This document shows, piece after piece, positions 60,770 to 64,000 of a stretch of DNA of 64,000 bases; the stretch's first letter is position 1; the number at the start of each line of letters is the position of its first letter. Source of the DNA: Nitriliruptor sp. (GTDB lineage Bacteria; Actinomycetota; Nitriliruptoria; Nitriliruptorales; Nitriliruptoraceae); contig JBBECA010000065.1 in assembly GCA_040882055.1 (NCBI GenBank), positions 19,457 to 83,456 on the forward strand, read 5' to 3'. The notes under the pieces were generated by a model. The model was not told the origin of the DNA and searched no databases. It worked only from the letters and a program-made list of their open reading frames with translations. The position numbers and the translations under genes are program-made.

Positions 60770-61891
60770 TCAGCCGAGCACGACCAGATCGTCGCGGTGG
60801 ATGACCTCGCGCGCGAAGTGGGGACCGAGCTCGGCCGCCGCGGCCTGCGTCGAGCGTCCCGCGAGCTGGGCCACGTCGCCGACGTCGTAGTTCGACAGCC
60901 CCCGCGCCACGACGGTCCCGTCCGGATCGACGACCTCGACGGCGTCGCCGACGGTGAAGCTCCCGGCGGCGTGGGTCACCCCGACCGCCAGCAGCGAGGT
61001 CCCCCGACGGCGCAGCGCCTCGGCGGCACCAGCGTCGACGTGGACCCGGCCCCGGACGGTCAGCGCGAAGCCGATCCACAGGCGGCGGGCTTCGAGCCGG
61101 CGCTCGGCGGCGACGAACCAGGTCCCGACCTCCTCGCCGGCGACGACGTCCTCGAGGACGCGGGGGCGACGGGCGTCCGCCACGACCGCGTCGCAGGCGC
61201 TCCGGACCGCCACCCGGGCCGATTCGACCTTGGTGCGCATCCCGCCGGAGCCCACGTACGAGCCGGTCCCGCCGATGGCGGAACGGTCGAGCGCATCCAC
61301 GTCGTCGACCCGCGTGACCACCGGCGCGTCGGGATCGCGCCGAGGGTCGCCCTCGTGGAGCCCGGCCACGTCCGACAGCAGCACCAGCAGCTGCGCCTCG
61401 AGCATCGAGGCGACGAGCGCGGCGAGGTGGTCGTTGTCGCCGTACGACAGCTCGTCGGTCGCGACCGCGTCGTTCTCGTTGATGATCGGCACAGCGCCGA
61501 GCTCGAGCAGCCGCTGGAGCGAGGTCCGCGCGTGCAGGTAGCGGTTGCGCCGGACGAAGACGTCCTGGGTGAGCAGCACCTGACCCGTCGCGAGGTCGGC
61601 GCGCTCGAGGACCCGCTGGTAGGTCTGGATCAGCTCGCTCTGGCCGACCGCCGCACACGCCTGCAGCGTCGGCAGATCGACCGGCCGGCGCTCCAACCCG
61701 AGGAGCCCCATCCCGGCAGCGACAGCACCCGAGGAGACGAGCACGACCCGGGTCCCGGCCGCCCGCACGGCGATCACCTGGGCGGCGATGTTGGCGACCT
61801 GGTCGCGGTCGAGGCGGCCGTCCTCACCGCGGAGCGAGGAGGACCCCACCTTGACCACGGCCAGCTCGGGACGGGCGAACCGAGCGCTCAC
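60770..61891 (-). CDS. proB: Glutamate 5-kinase (with PUA domain)
   Basis: VVKVGSSSL, VSSGAVAAG, INENDAV, GDNDHLAALV, GSGGMRTK, EVIHRDDLV. Confidence 0.96.
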   Translation of the reverse strand: MSARFARPELAVVKVGSSSLRGEDGRLDRDQVANIAAQVIAVRAAGTRVVLVSSGAVAAGMGLLGLERRPVDLPTLQACAAVGQSELIQTYQRVLERADLATGQVLLTQDVFVRRNRYLHARTSLQRLLELGAVPIINENDAVATDELSYGDNDHLAALVASMLEAQLLVLLSDVAGLHEGDPRRDPDAPVVTRVDDVDALDRSAIGGTGSYVGSGGMRTKVESARVAVRSACDAVVADARRPRVLEDVVAGEEVGTWFVAAERRLEARRLWIGFALTVRGRVHVDAGAAEALRRRGTSLLAVGVTHAAGSFTVGDAVEVVDPDGTVVARGLSNYDVGDVAQLAGRSTQAAAAELGPHFAREVIHRDDLVVLG

Positions 61892-63399
61892 GCCGGACCC
61901 TCGGCAGCTGCCTCCCCGGTGGCGTCGTCGACCTCGCCGTCGCCGGCCTCGACGAGTTCGCTGTCGAACGCGTCCGCTTCGCCGGCGAGGATCGCCTGAC
62001 GCTCCTCCTCGGGCAGGTCGTCGAGGTCGGCTTCGAAGTCGAAGACGAGCTCGCCGATGACGACCTCGTCTCCGTCGCGGGCGCCGGCTCGGATCAGCGC
62101 CGCTTCGACACCGGCCCGGCGCAGCCGTCCCTGGAGGTAGCGGACCGCGTCGCGTTCGGTGAGCGGCAGCATCTGCACCCACCGCTCGACCCGCTCGCCG
62201 CGCACCACGTAGGCCCCGGCGTCGTCGCGGCCGACGGAGAAGTCTCGCTCGTCGCGGCGGATCGGCCGCAGGACCACCTCGTCGCGGTCGTCCGGCGTGA
62301 CGGTGCGCAGACCGACGCGGGCCCGCTCCGCGGCCACGAGCTCGCCGAGGCGGTAGCGGAGCGCGTCGAGGCCGGCGCCGGAGATGGCCGAGACCTCGAG
62401 CACGTCGACCGTCCGAGGCCCAGGAGCCTCCCACGCCTCGACGTCGGCCGAGCTCGGCGAGCTCTCGGCGAGCTGGTCCCGGACGAGTTCGGCCATCGCC
62501 TGGCCGTCGGGCAGGTCCACCTTGTTGAGCACGATCAGCTGGGGACGTTCGAGCAACGACGGGTCGTGCTTGGCGAGCTCGGCCCGCAGGATCTCGAGGT
62601 CGCGCACGGGGTCGCGGTCCGGTTCGAACGGCGACGCGTCGAGGACGTGCAGGAGCACCAGACAGCGCTCGATGTGGCGCAGGAACCGGATCCCGAGCCC
62701 CTTGCCCTCGGCGGCCCCCTCGATCAGACCGGGGACGTCGGCGAGCACGACGTCGATCGGCGTGCCGTCGGCAGCCTCACCGCCGCGCATCAAGCCGAGG
62801 TGCGGGGTCAGGGTCGTGAACGGCCACGCTTCGACCCGGGGGGTCGCGGCCGACAGCCGCCCGACCAGGGAGGACTTCCCGGCGGACGGGAACCCCACCA
62901 GGCCGACGTCGGCGATGAGCTTCAGCTCGAGGCGGAGCGCGCGGTCCCGGGTCTTCTCACCCCGTTCGGCGAACCGGGGCAGACGACGGTGCCGGGTCGC
63001 GAAGGCGATGTTGCCGCGACCGCCACGTCCGCCGGGAGCCGCCACGTAGCGGTCACCGGCGCGCGCGAGGTCGGCGAGCACCGACCCCGAGTCGCGTTCG
63101 CGCACGACGGTGCCGACCGGGACGGCGATGACGGTGTCCGACCCCCAGGCCCCGTCCTTGCCCATGCCGGCGCCGTGCCCACCGTCGCCGCCTCGGATGT
63201 GGGGGCGTCGGTGGAGGTCGAGCAGCGAGGCGACCCGCTCCTCGGCGACGAAGACCACGTCGCCACCGCGCCCACCGTCGCCGCCGTCGGGCCCACCGCG
63301 GGGCACGTGCGACTCACGACGGAACGAGACCGAACCGTTGCCACCGAGCCCACCGCGCACGTGCACGGTGCACTCGTCGACGAACGTCGGGGTCTCCAC
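61888..63399 (-). CDS. obgE: GTPase ObgE/CgtA
   Basis: [42 protein letters not shown]-terminal [11 protein letters not shown]. Confidence 0.97.
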   Translation of the reverse strand: METPTFVDECTVHVRGGLGGNGSVSFRRESHVPRGGPDGGDGGRGGDVVFVAEERVASLLDLHRRPHIRGGDGGHGAGMGKDGAWGSDTVIAVPVGTVVRERDSGSVLADLARAGDRYVAAPGGRGGRGNIAFATRHRRLPRFAERGEKTRDRALRLELKLIADVGLVGFPSAGKSSLVGRLSAATPRVEAWPFTTLTPHLGLMRGGEAADGTPIDVVLADVPGLIEGAAEGKGLGIRFLRHIERCLVLLHVLDASPFEPDRDPVRDLEILRAELAKHDPSLLERPQLIVLNKVDLPDGQAMAELVRDQLAESSPSSADVEAWEAPGPRTVDVLEVSAISGAGLDALRYRLGELVAAERARVGLRTVTPDDRDEVVLRPIRRDERDFSVGRDDAGAYVVRGERVERWVQMLPLTERDAVRYLQGRLRRAGVEAALIRAGARDGDEVVIGELVFDFEADLDDLPEEERQAILAGEADAFDSELVEAGDGEVDDATGEAAAEGPA

Positions 63400-63514
63400 G
63401 GTGGGTCCTGTGCGGTCGGGTGCGAGCGACGGGAACGACGGAGGGCGGCCCGTGGGCCGCCCTACCGCTGTGTGCGACGCCCCGGGTGACCGCCACCCCG
63501 AGCGCGGGGTGTGG

Positions 63515-63772
63515 TCAGGCGTCGACCGGGTCGACGTTCGCCGTGGTGCGGGCGCCGCTCTTGCGGAAGCGGACCGAGCCGTCGACGAGCGCGAAGAGGG
63601 TGTCGTCACCGCCACGACCGACGTTGTCGCCGGGGTGGATCTTGGTGCCGCGCTGGCGGACGATGATGCCACCGGCACGGATGACCTCGCCGCCGTACTT
63701 CTTCACGCCGAGGTACTGGGGGTTCGAGTCGCGACCGTTGTTGGACGAGCCGCCGCCCTTCTTGTGCGCCAT
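63515..63772 (-). CDS. rpmA: 50S ribosomal protein L27
   Basis: [16 protein letters not shown]...RQRGT. Confidence 0.98.
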   Translation of the reverse strand: MAHKKGGGSSNNGRDSNPQYLGVKKYGGEVIRAGGIIVRQRGTKIHPGDNVGRGGDDTLFALVDGSVRFRKSGARTTANVDPVDA

Positions 63773-63847
63773 GTGACGTCCTCCTCGTCCGTGCCGCTAC
63801 CGCGACGCGGGGTGCGCTGGGGCCGCCCGCGGAGGCGGCTCGGGTGG

Positions 63848-64000
63848 TCAGATCGAGTCGATCCGGATGGTGGTCTGCGACTGGCGGTGTCCGCGCCGCT
63901 TGTGCTGCCGCGACTTGTTCTTGTAGGTGAACACGCGGATGTACTCGCCCTTGCCGTGGCCGGTGATGGTCGCGGCGATGGTGCGATCGGCGAGGTCCGG
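63848..64000 (-). CDS. rplU: 50S ribosomal protein L21 (3' part; runs off the window)
   Basis: ...GHGKGEYIRVFTYKNKSRQHKRRGHRQSQTTIRIDSI*, upstream of rpmA. Confidence 0.95.
   Translation of the reverse strand, partial: PDLADRTIAATITGHGKGEYIRVFTYKNKSRQHKRRGHRQSQTTIRIDSI

Overview
This window is from a very GC-rich actinobacterial chromosome. The gene order and style suggest a Nitriliruptoria/Acidimicrobiia-like lineage, which is an inference. It carries the conserved backbone rplU-rpmA-obgE-proB ... nadD-LCP-rsfS-phosphatase ... tRNA-Ala/leuS-degV-comEA-comEC-holA/rpsT, plus a recC-recB-recD operon, two different glutamate dehydrogenases and many accessory metabolic genes. Three things stand out. 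(1) The ~500 nt upstream of recC (19-511) appear non-coding and fold into a nested multi-branch RNA with GNRA/UNCG-type tetraloops, about two dozen GGA motifs and a terminal hairpin; it matches no RNA family I recognise. (2) A compact locus at 49.2-54.2 kb contains two paralogous secreted proteins with Ser-x-x periodicity ending in SIDS, an APH-fold kinase and an OmpR/HisKA two-component system. The two Ser-rich genes and the kinase share the same 11-bp-phased TGA/TCA promoter array, so this looks like an undescribed regulon. (3) A lower-GC ~4.4-kb islet with two toxin-antitoxin modules is bounded by a near-palindromic 15-bp direct repeat. All calls were made by eye from motifs; no database searches were run.
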